Positions 50,700 through 60,327 of a stretch of 64,000 nt of DNA are shown here, in pieces; the stretch's first letter is position 1, and every line of letters starts with the position of its first letter. The DNA is taken from assembly GCA_034439575.1 (NCBI GenBank), contig JAWXAQ010000007.1, positions 160,001 to 224,000 of the forward strand, read 5' to 3'. The position numbers and the translations under genes are program-made. This DNA is from Leptospira sp. Lineage in GTDB: Bacteria; Spirochaetota; Leptospiria; Leptospirales; Leptospiraceae. The notes under the pieces were generated by a model, which was not told where the DNA came from, ran no database searches, and worked only from the letters and a program-made list of their open reading frames with translations.

Positions 50700-51762
50700 C
50701 TTCGTGATCCTTAATTTGAATTGTACAACTTTCTCTTTGCGATCACATAAAAAGCAAGTTAGAATTACTTTTGCTGGCGACATCATGTGCCATAGTTCAC
50801 AACTAGCCAGTTATTACGATTCAAAGACAAAATCATATCAGGCAGATAAAAGTTTTGATTATATCGCAAAGAGAATTAAAAATTCAGATCTTGTTCTGGG
50901 TAATTTAGAAACAACGATTGTTTCGAGTCCAGATCTATACAGTGGCTATCCTCGTTTTGGTTCCCCAAAAGCTATCGTAAAGTCACTAAAAAAAACAGGA
51001 TTTCATATTATATCAACTGCCAATAATCATTCTGCCGACAAAGAATCGTTAGGTATTGATTTAACAATTGATACAGTCTTAGAAGAAGGAATGATTCCAA
51101 TAGGAACTTACAAATCTATGGATGATTATATAACCAGGAAAAATTTAATCATTACATTGAATGATATAAAAATTGCAATTTATAATTATACGTATTCTAC
51201 AAATGGAGTTAAAGTTCCTAAAGATCGAATCGTTAGGTTGATTGATGAAGAATCTATATCAAAAGATTTAGCATTCGCAAAACAGAATCAAGCAGACTTT
51301 ATTATTGTTTGGTATCATTTTGGAACCGAATACCAAATTAAGCCAGATTCATACCAGGAAAAATGGGTCAATTTTGCTTTAAAAAATGGCGCTAACATTG
51401 TCATAGGTGGACATCCGCATGTAGTTCAAAAAATAGAAAGATATAATCTAAATAAAGATTCACTGTCTGATGAACAATTCATAGCGTATTCATTGGGAAA
51501 TTTTTTATCAGCTCAGTCGCGTCCATTTACGGATGGTGGTATGTTATTACATTTTAACATACTTATAGAAGAAAATGGAAAGCGAACAATTTCTGATATT
51601 AAACCCGAACCTGTTTGGGTATCCCCCAATGGATATAGAATAATTCCAATAGAGGCATATTTAAACAATGAAATGGAGATCCAATTGAGTCCTAATCATA
51701 AAAAACGTATGTTAAATTATTATAAAGAGTTTCAGAAAGTGATGAACGATAATAAAATTTAA
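50671..51762 (+). CDS. CapA (PGA_cap) family metallophosphoesterase, probable lipoprotein
   Basis: FAGDIM, NLET, ANNH..D, HFG.EY, GGHPHVVQ and YSLGNF motifs; LNLNC lipobox-like. Confidence 0.9.
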   Translation: MITFKYFLIIFVILNLNCTTFSLRSHKKQVRITFAGDIMCHSSQLASYYDSKTKSYQADKSFDYIAKRIKNSDLVLGNLETTIVSSPDLYSGYPRFGSPKAIVKSLKKTGFHIISTANNHSADKESLGIDLTIDTVLEEGMIPIGTYKSMDDYITRKNLIITLNDIKIAIYNYTYSTNGVKVPKDRIVRLIDEESISKDLAFAKQNQADFIIVWYHFGTEYQIKPDSYQEKWVNFALKNGANIVIGGHPHVVQKIERYNLNKDSLSDEQFIAYSLGNFLSAQSRPFTDGGMLLHFNILIEENGKRTISDIKPEPVWVSPNGYRIIPIEAYLNNEMEIQLSPNHKKRMLNYYKEFQKVMNDNKI

Positions 51763-52379
51763 ATATCGTCTTTTATTTCATCATAACCGAGTCCTTCACG
51801 TAATACTTTTATTTTGTCTTCAGTACAATCGAGAATTGTTGACATTTCTATTTTTACAATTCCTCCATCTATAATTGAAGTTACATGCTTCCCGTAAATT
51901 GATTCTAAATCATCTATATCAATGATAAATTCATCATTCGTAAAGGCAGATGCTGAAGTTATAGGATCATTATGGATCGACAACAAAGTTTGTAAATAAA
52001 TATGATTTGGAAATCTGATACCTATATGCTTATCCTTGTGATGAGCAAACGAAGGTTTCGGCAAATTTTTACTGGCTTTGAGAATAAATGTAAAAGGACC
52101 AGGTGTAATTTTTTTCATTAACCTGTAAGTAGGGTTTGGCAAATATTCTATCATTTGCGAAGCCATAGAAATGTCTTTGCATAATAATGAGAGTGGCTTA
52201 TCTTTCGGAAGTTTTCTTAATTTATATAAATTATCAACACCCGTTCTGGAATTTGCATCAGCAATTATTGCATAAACCGTGTCTGTTGGGAAAATAAATA
52301 ATTCTCCATCCCTTAACCGATCGGATATCTGTTTTAATTTCCGTATTTCTGGATTTTCAGGATGGAGATAATCTATCAT
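51759..52379 (-). CDS. Sua5/YrdC/YciO family protein (YciO-like)
   Basis: PTDTVY, PGPFTFIL, GIRFP and ST.LD motifs. Confidence 0.88.
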   Translation of the reverse strand: MIDYLHPENPEIRKLKQISDRLRDGELFIFPTDTVYAIIADANSRTGVDNLYKLRKLPKDKPLSLLCKDISMASQMIEYLPNPTYRLMKKITPGPFTFILKASKNLPKPSFAHHKDKHIGIRFPNHIYLQTLLSIHNDPITSASAFTNDEFIIDIDDLESIYGKHVTSIIDGGIVKIEMSTILDCTEDKIKVLREGLGYDEIKDDI

Positions 52380-52380
52380 T

Positions 52381-53118
52381 TTATTGTGCTGTCAATCCAC
52401 CGTCTATAACCAGTGTTTGGCCTGTCATATAACTTGAAGCATCGGAAACTAAATATATTGCGGCTCCCAATATTTCTTCTGGTTTACCCAATCGACCCAT
52501 CGGAATTCCAGCTAACACTTGCGACATTATATATTCTTTATTTTTTATCATATCAGTCATTTCTGTATCGATAAGACCTGGACAGATTACATTCACTCTA
52601 TAACCAGAATTGCACCATTCAATTGCCAATGCCTTTGATAAAGAAATCACCGCACCTTTAGTTCCTGAATAAACCGAAGCTAGTTTCGATCCAACCATTC
52701 CTAGAACAGAGGCTACATTTATGATATTGCCTCCATCTTTTTTGTGGTGTTTGTAATATGCCTGGCAACTTCTAAAAACACCTGTATAATTTGTTTGAAT
52801 GATATTTTGAAGTTCTTCTTCTTTGAAGCCCGATGCTGGCGTATTTGTAGCAATGCCTGCGTTGTTAATCAAAGTATTTAATTTACCATGCTTTTCTCTT
52901 ATCTTTCCTATGACTTGAAAGGCATCAGTTTCTGATTTAACATTGATGACTACTCCAGAAATCCCTTCTTTATCCATCCATTCGATTGATTCTGGCCTAG
53001 ACCCAGCACCATAGACGATTGCACCTGCATCACGAAGACCGAGAGCTAATGATTTACCAATACCACGACTAGCGCCCGTTATAAGTACTGTTTTTCCTTT
53101 TACATCTATTAAATTCAT
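52381..53118 (-). CDS. SDR oxidoreductase
   Basis: TGASRGIG, NNAG, YSGTK and IDGG motifs. Start at ATG 53118 after GAGG. Confidence 0.92.
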   Translation of the reverse strand: MNLIDVKGKTVLITGASRGIGKSLALGLRDAGAIVYGAGSRPESIEWMDKEGISGVVINVKSETDAFQVIGKIREKHGKLNTLINNAGIATNTPASGFKEEELQNIIQTNYTGVFRSCQAYYKHHKKDGGNIINVASVLGMVGSKLASVYSGTKGAVISLSKALAIEWCNSGYRVNVICPGLIDTEMTDMIKNKEYIMSQVLAGIPMGRLGKPEEILGAAIYLVSDASSYMTGQTLVIDGGLTAQ

Positions 53119-53450
53119 TTTACCTCGTGATTTGCTGGATAACAATTGCTATTTTCTGGTTTAGTTTCTTCTAATAGTTTTTTATAATCAATATTTCCAT
53201 CATCGGTAACTAAATCTCGCCTAATATAGTGGGCACCATTTTCATAAAAGTCCGCCACCGGATTGCATTCTTCGATTTGGTTTTCATCACGACAACTGAT
53301 ACGAACATAAAAATTCCCAAAAGTATGTGTTCTGTTCCGCCAATAGTCACCAAACGAATTGCACTCAACGAATTGAATTACTTTATTTTTGCATCCGTAG
53401 GTTAAATTACTGATGACGATCAATAGAATAAAAAACATTCTTTGAAACAT
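53115..53450 (-). CDS. Small hypothetical lipoprotein, Cys-containing
   Basis: Hydrophobic signal ending LTYGC plus four further Cys; ATAA/ATG-type overlap with the SDR start. Confidence 0.55.
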   Translation of the reverse strand: MFQRMFFILLIVISNLTYGCKNKVIQFVECNSFGDYWRNRTHTFGNFYVRISCRDENQIEECNPVADFYENGAHYIRRDLVTDDGNIDYKKLLEETKPENSNCYPANHEVK

Positions 53451-53488
53451 AGTTAGATTATTTAAGTTTGAACTAGAAAGGCAAGAAT

Positions 53489-54085
53489 TTGTTTATTTTA
53501 AAAAGTCGTTCTCCAAGAAGAATTCAAATATTATCAGATTTAGGTTTAGTATTTAAAATAGATCCCACAGATATTAACGAGGATCAGAACGCCTTTGAAT
53601 TACCTACGGATTATATCAAACGCATTGTTACTCACAAAATTGGTGATCCAAAAGAAATAAATTCAAATGATCTCTACCTTGCTTGCGACACCATTGTTCT
53701 TTTAGAAGAACAAATCTTACATAAACCTAAAGATGAATTTGAAGCATCAGAAATTTTAAGTAAACTAGTGGGAAAAAAGCATTCAGTCATTTCTTCATGC
53801 ATGATGGTGACAAATGGAGATTGGGATTTTTTCTCTGAAGAAACACAGATTCTCTTTAAACCTTGGGGGCATCAGGAAATTCAGAATTACATAAAGAACC
53901 ACCAACCTTTCGATAAGGCTGGATCATATGGAATCCAAGATGAAGATGGTCCTGTCTTAAATTACTTCGGATCTTATCAAAATGTGGTAGGATTCCCGAT
54001 AAGAAGTTTCTTGAGTCGATGGGAAAAATGGAATCAGTATTTAAATTATAATTTCCCTAAAAAATCAAGCGTAAAGATTTACTAA
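53489..54085 (+). CDS. maf: Maf-family nucleoside triphosphate pyrophosphatase
   Basis: L.S.SPRR, DTIV, KP, DKAGSYGIQ and NVVG.P motifs. Confidence 0.92.
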   Translation: MFILKSRSPRRIQILSDLGLVFKIDPTDINEDQNAFELPTDYIKRIVTHKIGDPKEINSNDLYLACDTIVLLEEQILHKPKDEFEASEILSKLVGKKHSVISSCMMVTNGDWDFFSEETQILFKPWGHQEIQNYIKNHQPFDKAGSYGIQDEDGPVLNYFGSYQNVVGFPIRSFLSRWEKWNQYLNYNFPKKSSVKIY

Positions 54086-54295
54086 ATCTCCTGGCTTATA
54101 ATTTGATTTATCGCGTGAATTTGTTTGAATCGATTCTGCTTTAGCACTAGTTTCCTCTGTGGGAAACTTCGGTCGGTACTGATTTGATTGAATCGCCTCA
54201 ACCTTTTCTACGGGCTGCGTATTAAAGGAAGGTGAAATGTATGTGAGAGGCTCACCTAAACCGGAAACTCTTGCCACACCGCTTGCTATATCCAT
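54065..54295 (-). CDS. Small hypothetical protein
   Basis: 76 aa filling the gap between maf and holA; ends KPGDLVNLYA. Confidence 0.55.
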   Translation of the reverse strand: MDIASGVARVSGLGEPLTYISPSFNTQPVEKVEAIQSNQYRPKFPTEETSAKAESIQTNSRDKSNYKPGDLVNLYA

Positions 54296-54345
54296 ATTGT
54301 GATTATCGCTCCAATTCTACCCAGAGATTAGACCTTTATAAAAAA

Positions 54346-55452
54346 ATGGATACAAAAAAAAGCGCGATCGAATACCCAAGCCTCTTTCAACTTTTTAAAA
54401 CCTCTGATAAGAACCTCCCATCGGTCTTTACTTATGTAGGCGAAGATTCGTTCGAATTTGAAATCGCTGTTGATTTTTTTAAAGATAAATTAGAAAAGCA
54501 AGGCCAAGCTTTGGATATCATCGTGATAGTAGCGGAAGGCGGAGAACAATCGAAACTTTTTGCTGAACTTTTTACACCTGATATGTTTTTTCCAAGAAAA
54601 CTCATCATTTTGAAAAATGGAACTGCCTTCTTTAAACCAATATTAGAGTCGAAAGCAAATTCCGATTACTCAGATTATGTCTCTGGATTTAAAAAAAATA
54701 TAATCAGTTTATCAGATAATATTACTCTCCTTGTTCATTACGATGCCAAGGATCTACCAGCTTCCTATTTAAATCTTTTTCAAAATAATTTCAGTTTTTA
54801 TAAACCAAAAACAATTTACCAACAAGATATTGGAAAAGCTCTTAAAGAAGTATTAGAACAAGAAAATGTGCAATTGGAAGAAGAGGCTTGGGATGAATTT
54901 ATACATAGAATTCCACCTAATGTTGGATCCTATATTAAGAATGTTAGAAAACTTAAACAATACCTCAATAAATCCAAATTCACGTTAGCCGATATAAATT
55001 CCATACTATTCACTCAGACCGAAATGGATATAACATCCCTGGTTGAAAGTTTGATCGCTTTAAAAAAACCAGAATTTTATAAAGAATTCACAAAATTTTC
55101 AGGGGATAATGGCGAGATTTTAGCATTCCTAACCAGGTTAATGTACAAATTGGATGAGATTCGTAAAGTAAGAGTTATACGGTCAAAATACAATGGTGAA
55201 ATCCCAATTCCCGTAATGGACGATATTCTCAAAACTGGTTCCTTTTCTGAGGGAAGGAAAGGTTTTATGAGGCGAAAACTAAGTTCGGATTCAAAAAATT
55301 TTACAGAAAAATCATTAAATCAATTTTATGAAATTTTAATCGACATGAATATTAAATACAAGTCTGGATTAAGAGATGAAGAAGGAAAAGTTTTTTTCAT
55401 TCAAAAATCTATGGAATTGTTTAGAATCATTCATGTTTCTTCATCCAATTGA
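54346..55452 (+). CDS. holA: DNA polymerase III delta subunit
   Basis: Y.GED.F, PDMF..RKLII and C-terminal ID..IK motifs. Start placed at ATG 54346. Confidence 0.72.
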   Translation: MDTKKSAIEYPSLFQLFKTSDKNLPSVFTYVGEDSFEFEIAVDFFKDKLEKQGQALDIIVIVAEGGEQSKLFAELFTPDMFFPRKLIILKNGTAFFKPILESKANSDYSDYVSGFKKNIISLSDNITLLVHYDAKDLPASYLNLFQNNFSFYKPKTIYQQDIGKALKEVLEQENVQLEEEAWDEFIHRIPPNVGSYIKNVRKLKQYLNKSKFTLADINSILFTQTEMDITSLVESLIALKKPEFYKEFTKFSGDNGEILAFLTRLMYKLDEIRKVRVIRSKYNGEIPIPVMDDILKTGSFSEGRKGFMRRKLSSDSKNFTEKSLNQFYEILIDMNIKYKSGLRDEEGKVFFIQKSMELFRIIHVSSSN

Positions 55453-56318
55453 TAGTCACTGATTTTCCGATACAAATTTCTTTCTGATATACCCAATAAT
55501 TTAGCGGCCTTTAGTCGATTTCCATTAACAAATTTCAAATTTTGTTTGATAATCGCTTTTTCATAAGCATCAAGAGATACTCCAATTTTTATATCTAAGG
55601 CTTCGATATGTTGTTGAAAAAAATGAATTGGAATTTTGCTAAACTGAATTTGTTTTTTTGAAGTATATGCAACTAATGAAAAAATAATGTCTCTCAGTTC
55701 ATGCAAATTATTCTTATATTTTCGCTTTGAAAAAAATTGATAAAACCCTTCGTCAAAGTTTGTTATACTCTTTTTCATTTCAGCATTTGCAGATTCTAGA
55801 AAATGGGTCACGAATAAAGGAAGATCTGTGATTCTTTCTTTCAAAGTTGGCAATTGAAATTGAAAAGATTTAAATTGATCAAATAATTCATTGGCAATTT
55901 TTGATTTATTGAACTGTTCTATTTCCTGAGAATTAATTTCCCAATAGATAGCCAAATCTGATGTTAGATTGTATTTTTGATTTTTCCACCATGAATTCCA
56001 TTTTTGAATTTCTTCTTGATTTGCTTGGTTAAAATTTTCCCACCAAAAAACTTTCAAACTATCTGTTTTTATTTGAAAATTTATAGTATCAAACCATTTT
56101 TCTTTAACTGAATAATCAATTTTTATCTTCTGAATATTTTTAGATTCCGATTTGATATCTATCGATTTTTGGATCCAAAAACTTTTGCCGACCCCTGAAT
56201 CACCTATGATCATCATTGGTAAATTTGATTTAGAAACTTCACACCAATATTCTTTTAACTTTTTTATTTCTCCAGATAAACAAATCCACGGCAAATCATT
56301 GTTACTTTTTTTTGACAA
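55431..56318 (-). CDS. Degenerate sigma54-activator-like AAA+ protein with Fis-type HTH
   Basis: GDSGVGKS, LP.L.ER..D.P, N..EL and GNR..AA.LLGIS.RNLYRK motifs; no GAFTGA. Confidence 0.75.
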   Translation of the reverse strand: MSKKSNNDLPWICLSGEIKKLKEYWCEVSKSNLPMMIIGDSGVGKSFWIQKSIDIKSESKNIQKIKIDYSVKEKWFDTINFQIKTDSLKVFWWENFNQANQEEIQKWNSWWKNQKYNLTSDLAIYWEINSQEIEQFNKSKIANELFDQFKSFQFQLPTLKERITDLPLFVTHFLESANAEMKKSITNFDEGFYQFFSKRKYKNNLHELRDIIFSLVAYTSKKQIQFSKIPIHFFQQHIEALDIKIGVSLDAYEKAIIKQNLKFVNGNRLKAAKLLGISERNLYRKISDYQLDEET

Positions 56319-57909
56319 GAGAAATGACTCCCTGTAAATAACCAGAAAATTGCCTGATTTTATTGTCTTCTAAAAATTTTTTTGCTTTGGAAGGAGTAAC
56401 GTGCAAGGTCTTTGGATAAACTGTTGATGTTTTTAAAAATTCTGTTTCATTCGCTAAATTTGTAATACCATATGTTGAAAATGGATCAAGTGTAACGGTC
56501 GTTTGTATTAAATATTCTTTTCCAATCGTGACATTGATTTCATTTGATATTTTTAACCAAATTGCTTCACCTTTTGTTTTCAAAAGTACAGTTTGAAATC
56601 TTTCTGATTCACTTGCATCACTGATAATTTCATTTCCGACAGATGATTCAATATCTGTCTTTACTTCTTCTTTCTCTAGGACACGTTTTTCTGATAATTT
56701 TTCAAAGGCTTCAGACATGTTATACGGTGTAACTGTATCCACCGCTGCTCTAACTTGCGAAGCATCCCATTTTTTGAAAACTTGCGAATCCAATTGAAAA
56801 GGAGGTGAAATTTCCATTGTAGTTGAATAAAGATTAAATTGATTCAAAAAGATTTGGGTGTATCCATCTTCGGTTCCAATTTTTTGGTATTCCGTGATTC
56901 CAATCAGTTTAGAAGAACTTTTTCTTCCAATTTTTTGCAATTCTCGTATAACATTCAATTCACTGTGATTGGGAATGATAATGTACAACTCGATACCAAG
57001 CTGTCTAAGTTCGTTCAAGGCCAATGTGATATCAGTACTTTTTTCTCTAACCGCACCTGACAAAATTAAAAATAGTTTACGAGAAGTTTTTTTACCAGAA
57101 GTAAATTTCAATCGTAAGGATTGAATCGCTTGCAAAACGGAATCAGAACGATTTGATCCAGACCAAGAAACATCTTCAAATAATTTTTTTACTTCTGTAT
57201 GTTCCAGGCTCGGAGGAAGAGTTACAATTTTATCTTTTCTGATAAAAGTAGCTCCTATAAACAGGTTTGAATTATCTAAAATACCATTTAAAACTTTTTG
57301 AAAATCTTTTCGATAGTATGAATACGATCCATTTGTATCATACAAAAAATGAATCTCTTGGTAACTAATTTGATTTTTATTATTTTTCTCATAAAACTTT
57401 GGTGATAAAAATCTAAATGATTTTTCTACATGTTTTTCAATAGCCAATATAAAATTAGAAACAATTTTTGAATGTATCGTTTGTAAGGATTTATTTTTAC
57501 AATTATAAATCTCAGTTTGAATGATGATAGGCGATCCAAAATCTACTGAATCTTTTGTTACAAAATTGCTTTCCCACTCTAAACATAAAAGATTAAGAGA
57601 GGCTTCGTTTACTTTTGTATCTTCTCTGTAGTTTTCGTTAATTAAGAATTTTTCAATGGAATTGGAATCTGTAAGTTCCGTTTGATAATTTCTCTTAAGG
57701 TAGTGTCTTGTTAATTTTGCAATTTCCTTTGATGCATCTTCTTTAGTTCCAAGATAAAGTGGAATATTTCCTGTAACAGATGCTGGTAAGACGCTGATTT
57801 CTTTGGCATATAGTAAGCCAGATTGAACAAAAAATAACATAATAAAAATTAGAAGAACGGCGTTCCCTTTTTTTGTCCATTTGTGACAATTTTTAACAAT
57901 TCTAAGCAT
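56302..57909 (-). CDS. Exported hypothetical protein with possible VWA-like domain
   Basis: Signal peptide; IHFLYDTNGS (MIDAS-like), RKLFLILSG and L..LGIELYII patterns. Confidence 0.6.
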   Translation of the reverse strand: MLRIVKNCHKWTKKGNAVLLIFIMLFFVQSGLLYAKEISVLPASVTGNIPLYLGTKEDASKEIAKLTRHYLKRNYQTELTDSNSIEKFLINENYREDTKVNEASLNLLCLEWESNFVTKDSVDFGSPIIIQTEIYNCKNKSLQTIHSKIVSNFILAIEKHVEKSFRFLSPKFYEKNNKNQISYQEIHFLYDTNGSYSYYRKDFQKVLNGILDNSNLFIGATFIRKDKIVTLPPSLEHTEVKKLFEDVSWSGSNRSDSVLQAIQSLRLKFTSGKKTSRKLFLILSGAVREKSTDITLALNELRQLGIELYIIIPNHSELNVIRELQKIGRKSSSKLIGITEYQKIGTEDGYTQIFLNQFNLYSTTMEISPPFQLDSQVFKKWDASQVRAAVDTVTPYNMSEAFEKLSEKRVLEKEEVKTDIESSVGNEIISDASESERFQTVLLKTKGEAIWLKISNEINVTIGKEYLIQTTVTLDPFSTYGITNLANETEFLKTSTVYPKTLHVTPSKAKKFLEDNKIRQFSGYLQGVISLVKKK

Positions 57910-57962
57910 AAGTTTTATTAATGAATCCTTAATTTGATCAGCATGAAATCTGTGAGAAAAGA

Positions 57963-58005
57963 TTGACAGCTACATTTCTTGTCTATTAAATCTATCGGAA
58001 AGGAG
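57963..58005 (+). promoter_or_regulatory. Putative promoter and SD for lipL21
   Basis: TTGACA at 57963-57968, AT-rich but imperfect -10 region near 57984-57992, AAGGAG SD. Confidence 0.5.
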
Positions 58006-58015
58006 TAGATTCTTT

Positions 58016-58592
58016 ATGAAGCAATCACTTATCGTATGTATTTCTATGCTGGCTTTTGTTGTATCTTGCGGCTCAAGCGATGGCAGAAGAGATGCCACAA
58101 CTGTTGGAAAACACGGTTGGATTTTTGAAGGTTGGGCATGTGCCCCTGACGCTGCAGCTGGTGCGAGAGGCGAGAGCCCTGCTCAGTATTGCAAAGGAAA
58201 AGAGAAAGATTTCGATTATTTATACATGAAATTTTCAGCTAGAGCATCTGACAAAGCGATCAAAGCAAATTCTGTTGCGATGAAACAGTCTACTTGCCGT
58301 GAAGCCGCTCGACTACAAGTCGCAGGTGATGGTTTGAAAAAGATTTTAGGTGAATACCTAGAACAAGCATCTGGAGTTTCTGATGGTCAATCTACAGGTT
58401 CAGTAATTGTATCTGAATCAAAAGGTTTGATTAAGAATCGGGGTTTATGACTGTTGTTCACTTAACAATGAAAAGGGTGTTTGCGCAGATGTTGGCGAAC
58501 CTGAAACTTGGGAAGAATGCCAGTGTGTTGGTTACATGAAATATGTAGGCGGACAAAAAGCTCTCGAATCTAAAGCTCAAGCAGCTCAATAA
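58016..58592 (+). CDS. lipL21: Outer membrane lipoprotein LipL21, frameshifted at about 58433-58437 in this sequence
   Basis: Lipobox VVSC; DATTVG..GW.FEGW, QSTCREA and SGVSDG match LipL21 as I recall it. The shifted frame continues IGVYDCC...WEECQCV...GGQKALESKAQAAQ*. Confidence 0.9.
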
Positions 58593-58616
58593 GTTAAGAC
58601 TTATTTTGTCTGATAG

Positions 58617-58645
58617 AAACCTCCCGACGTTGGGAGGTTTTTTTT
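58617..58645 (+). terminator. Rho-independent terminator of lipL21
   Basis: AAACCTCCC-gacgtt-GGGAGGTTT followed by a T run. Confidence 0.9.
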
Positions 58646-58726
58646 TACTCTCATATTATTTCTGTTATAATTTCGATTATTTTAGTAATGTCTTGCTTAA
58701 TAACAGGATACTTGAATGTTAGTCGA

Positions 58727-59320
58727 ATGAAAAAAATATTTTTATTACTTATTTTATTATCAGGAATTTTTCTTTCTACTTGCAAAGAAACAGAAAAAGA
58801 CAAAAGCTTAGAGACTGCCGGCTTGTTATTTGCTGTTGCACCTAAGGCGAGTACTGCACCAACTACTTTGACTTATACTTCAACTAGCAGTGGCGTAGTA
58901 ATAAAAACTACAAGCATAGGGATTATAACAGGCTCGACTGTTTCTTTGAGTCCAACATTAACACTTCCGAATGGAATGACAGCTTCTAATTATTCTGTAA
59001 CTCCAAGTCTACCCGCAGGCTTAAGTATGAATTCATCTACAGGTGTTATTTCAGGAATTGCTACCACCGCCTCAGCTTACGCTACTTATTCCGTTCAAAC
59101 AACTTTGACTGCTGGTTCTGGTTTTTTTGTTAATGGTACAAATCCATTAGTTGTGAATCAGTTTATAATTGTTGGATCTTCAACACAAATAAGTAATCTA
59201 ACTTGTAGCTTCGTAGGAATAGCAGGTGGATGTGGCGGATCCTCTGGTTATTCTTGCGCAAATTCTTCATCATGTTCAAGTTCTAGTACATGCAGCAATA
59301 TTAGTGGCTGTGCCTTCTAA
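58727..59320 (+). CDS. Ser/Thr-rich lipoprotein with putative Ig (He_PIG-like) domain and Cys-rich tail
   Basis: Lipobox FLSTC; YSV.PSLPAGLS.NSSTGVISG; six Cys in the last 38 aa. Confidence 0.75.
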   Translation: MKKIFLLLILLSGIFLSTCKETEKDKSLETAGLLFAVAPKASTAPTTLTYTSTSSGVVIKTTSIGIITGSTVSLSPTLTLPNGMTASNYSVTPSLPAGLSMNSSTGVISGIATTASAYATYSVQTTLTAGSGFFVNGTNPLVVNQFIIVGSSTQISNLTCSFVGIAGGCGGSSGYSCANSSSCSSSSTCSNISGCAF

Positions 59321-60321
59321 AAACTTTCACAATTTAAAGCAGATCCAGAATCAATAATCATACTTGATTCTGGGTCCATAGAAAAATTGATTTCACTCAA
59401 TCTATTGATAAATTCATTTGCACTGACAACTTGTAATAGAATTTTTCTTTCCTTCTCAGGAAAATTTGTTCCTTCCAAATACCGTACAAAATGTTTTCGA
59501 AATAAAATAAGCGCATATTCATCTTCACTTTTATAAAAATCCAACATTGCTAATAAATGTTCTATGATTTGATCTTTGATTTCTATATCGGAAATAGAAT
59601 TTTTAGTCTTTGAAGAAAAAATCCAAGGATTACCGATAGCCTTTCTTCCGATTAACACTAAGTCTACGCCATACTCTTTTATCTTTTCTTTTGCATCACC
59701 ATAAGAAGATACATCGCCGTTTCCATAAATAGGAACCTTTGCAATTGATTTAATTTCGCCTATTTTTTCCCAATCCGCTCGACCCGAATAACCCATAGAT
59801 TTTGTTCTTCCATGTACCGAGATGGCAGAAACTCCGGCATCTTGTAATAATTTTACTGTTTCTAAATAATTATAGGATTTTTCATCCCAACCTAATCGTA
59901 TTTTGGCGGTAACGGGTACTGCTACATTTTTTTTTATACCTTCAATCATTTTTCCAGCAAGGGATAAATTTCGAAGTAATCCCGCCCCTGAACCGTTATG
60001 TGAAACCTTTGAAACAGAACAGCCCATGTTTAAATCTATTATGTCTGGATTTAATACTTCGATACGTTTGGCTGCTTCTATAACGGTTTCTAATTCTGAA
60101 CCAAAGATTTGAAAAACGATAGGTCGTTCCATTGTTTCAAAACGAAACATATCAATAGATTTTTGATTACCTAAAACAATTTGTTCAGTAGATACAAATT
60201 CTGAAAAAGAAAATGCAGAACCATATTTACGTGTAATTTTTCGATAGGGGCTATCTGAAATTCCAGCCATAGGTGATAAGGCAACGTCTCCCTTAATTTC
60301 AACATTGCCAACCATCACCAT
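59317..60321 (-). CDS. dusB: tRNA-dihydrouridine synthase
   Basis: SPMAG, QIFG, DLNMGC, G.GAGL, KIRLG, VHGRT, NGD and GR..IGNPW motifs. Confidence 0.9.
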   Translation of the reverse strand: MVMVGNVEIKGDVALSPMAGISDSPYRKITRKYGSAFSFSEFVSTEQIVLGNQKSIDMFRFETMERPIVFQIFGSELETVIEAAKRIEVLNPDIIDLNMGCSVSKVSHNGSGAGLLRNLSLAGKMIEGIKKNVAVPVTAKIRLGWDEKSYNYLETVKLLQDAGVSAISVHGRTKSMGYSGRADWEKIGEIKSIAKVPIYGNGDVSSYGDAKEKIKEYGVDLVLIGRKAIGNPWIFSSKTKNSISDIEIKDQIIEHLLAMLDFYKSEDEYALILFRKHFVRYLEGTNFPEKERKILLQVVSANEFINRLSEINFSMDPESSMIIDSGSALNCESF

Positions 60322-60327
60322 GTTTTT

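Noticed and set aside
50671-51762. Poly-gamma-glutamate capsule locus
   Set aside because: Only a lone CapA-family gene is present, with no capB/capC, and such orphans are widespread.
58430-58450. Programmed ribosomal frameshift in lipL21
   Set aside because: No slippery heptamer or stimulatory structure was seen; an indel is simpler.
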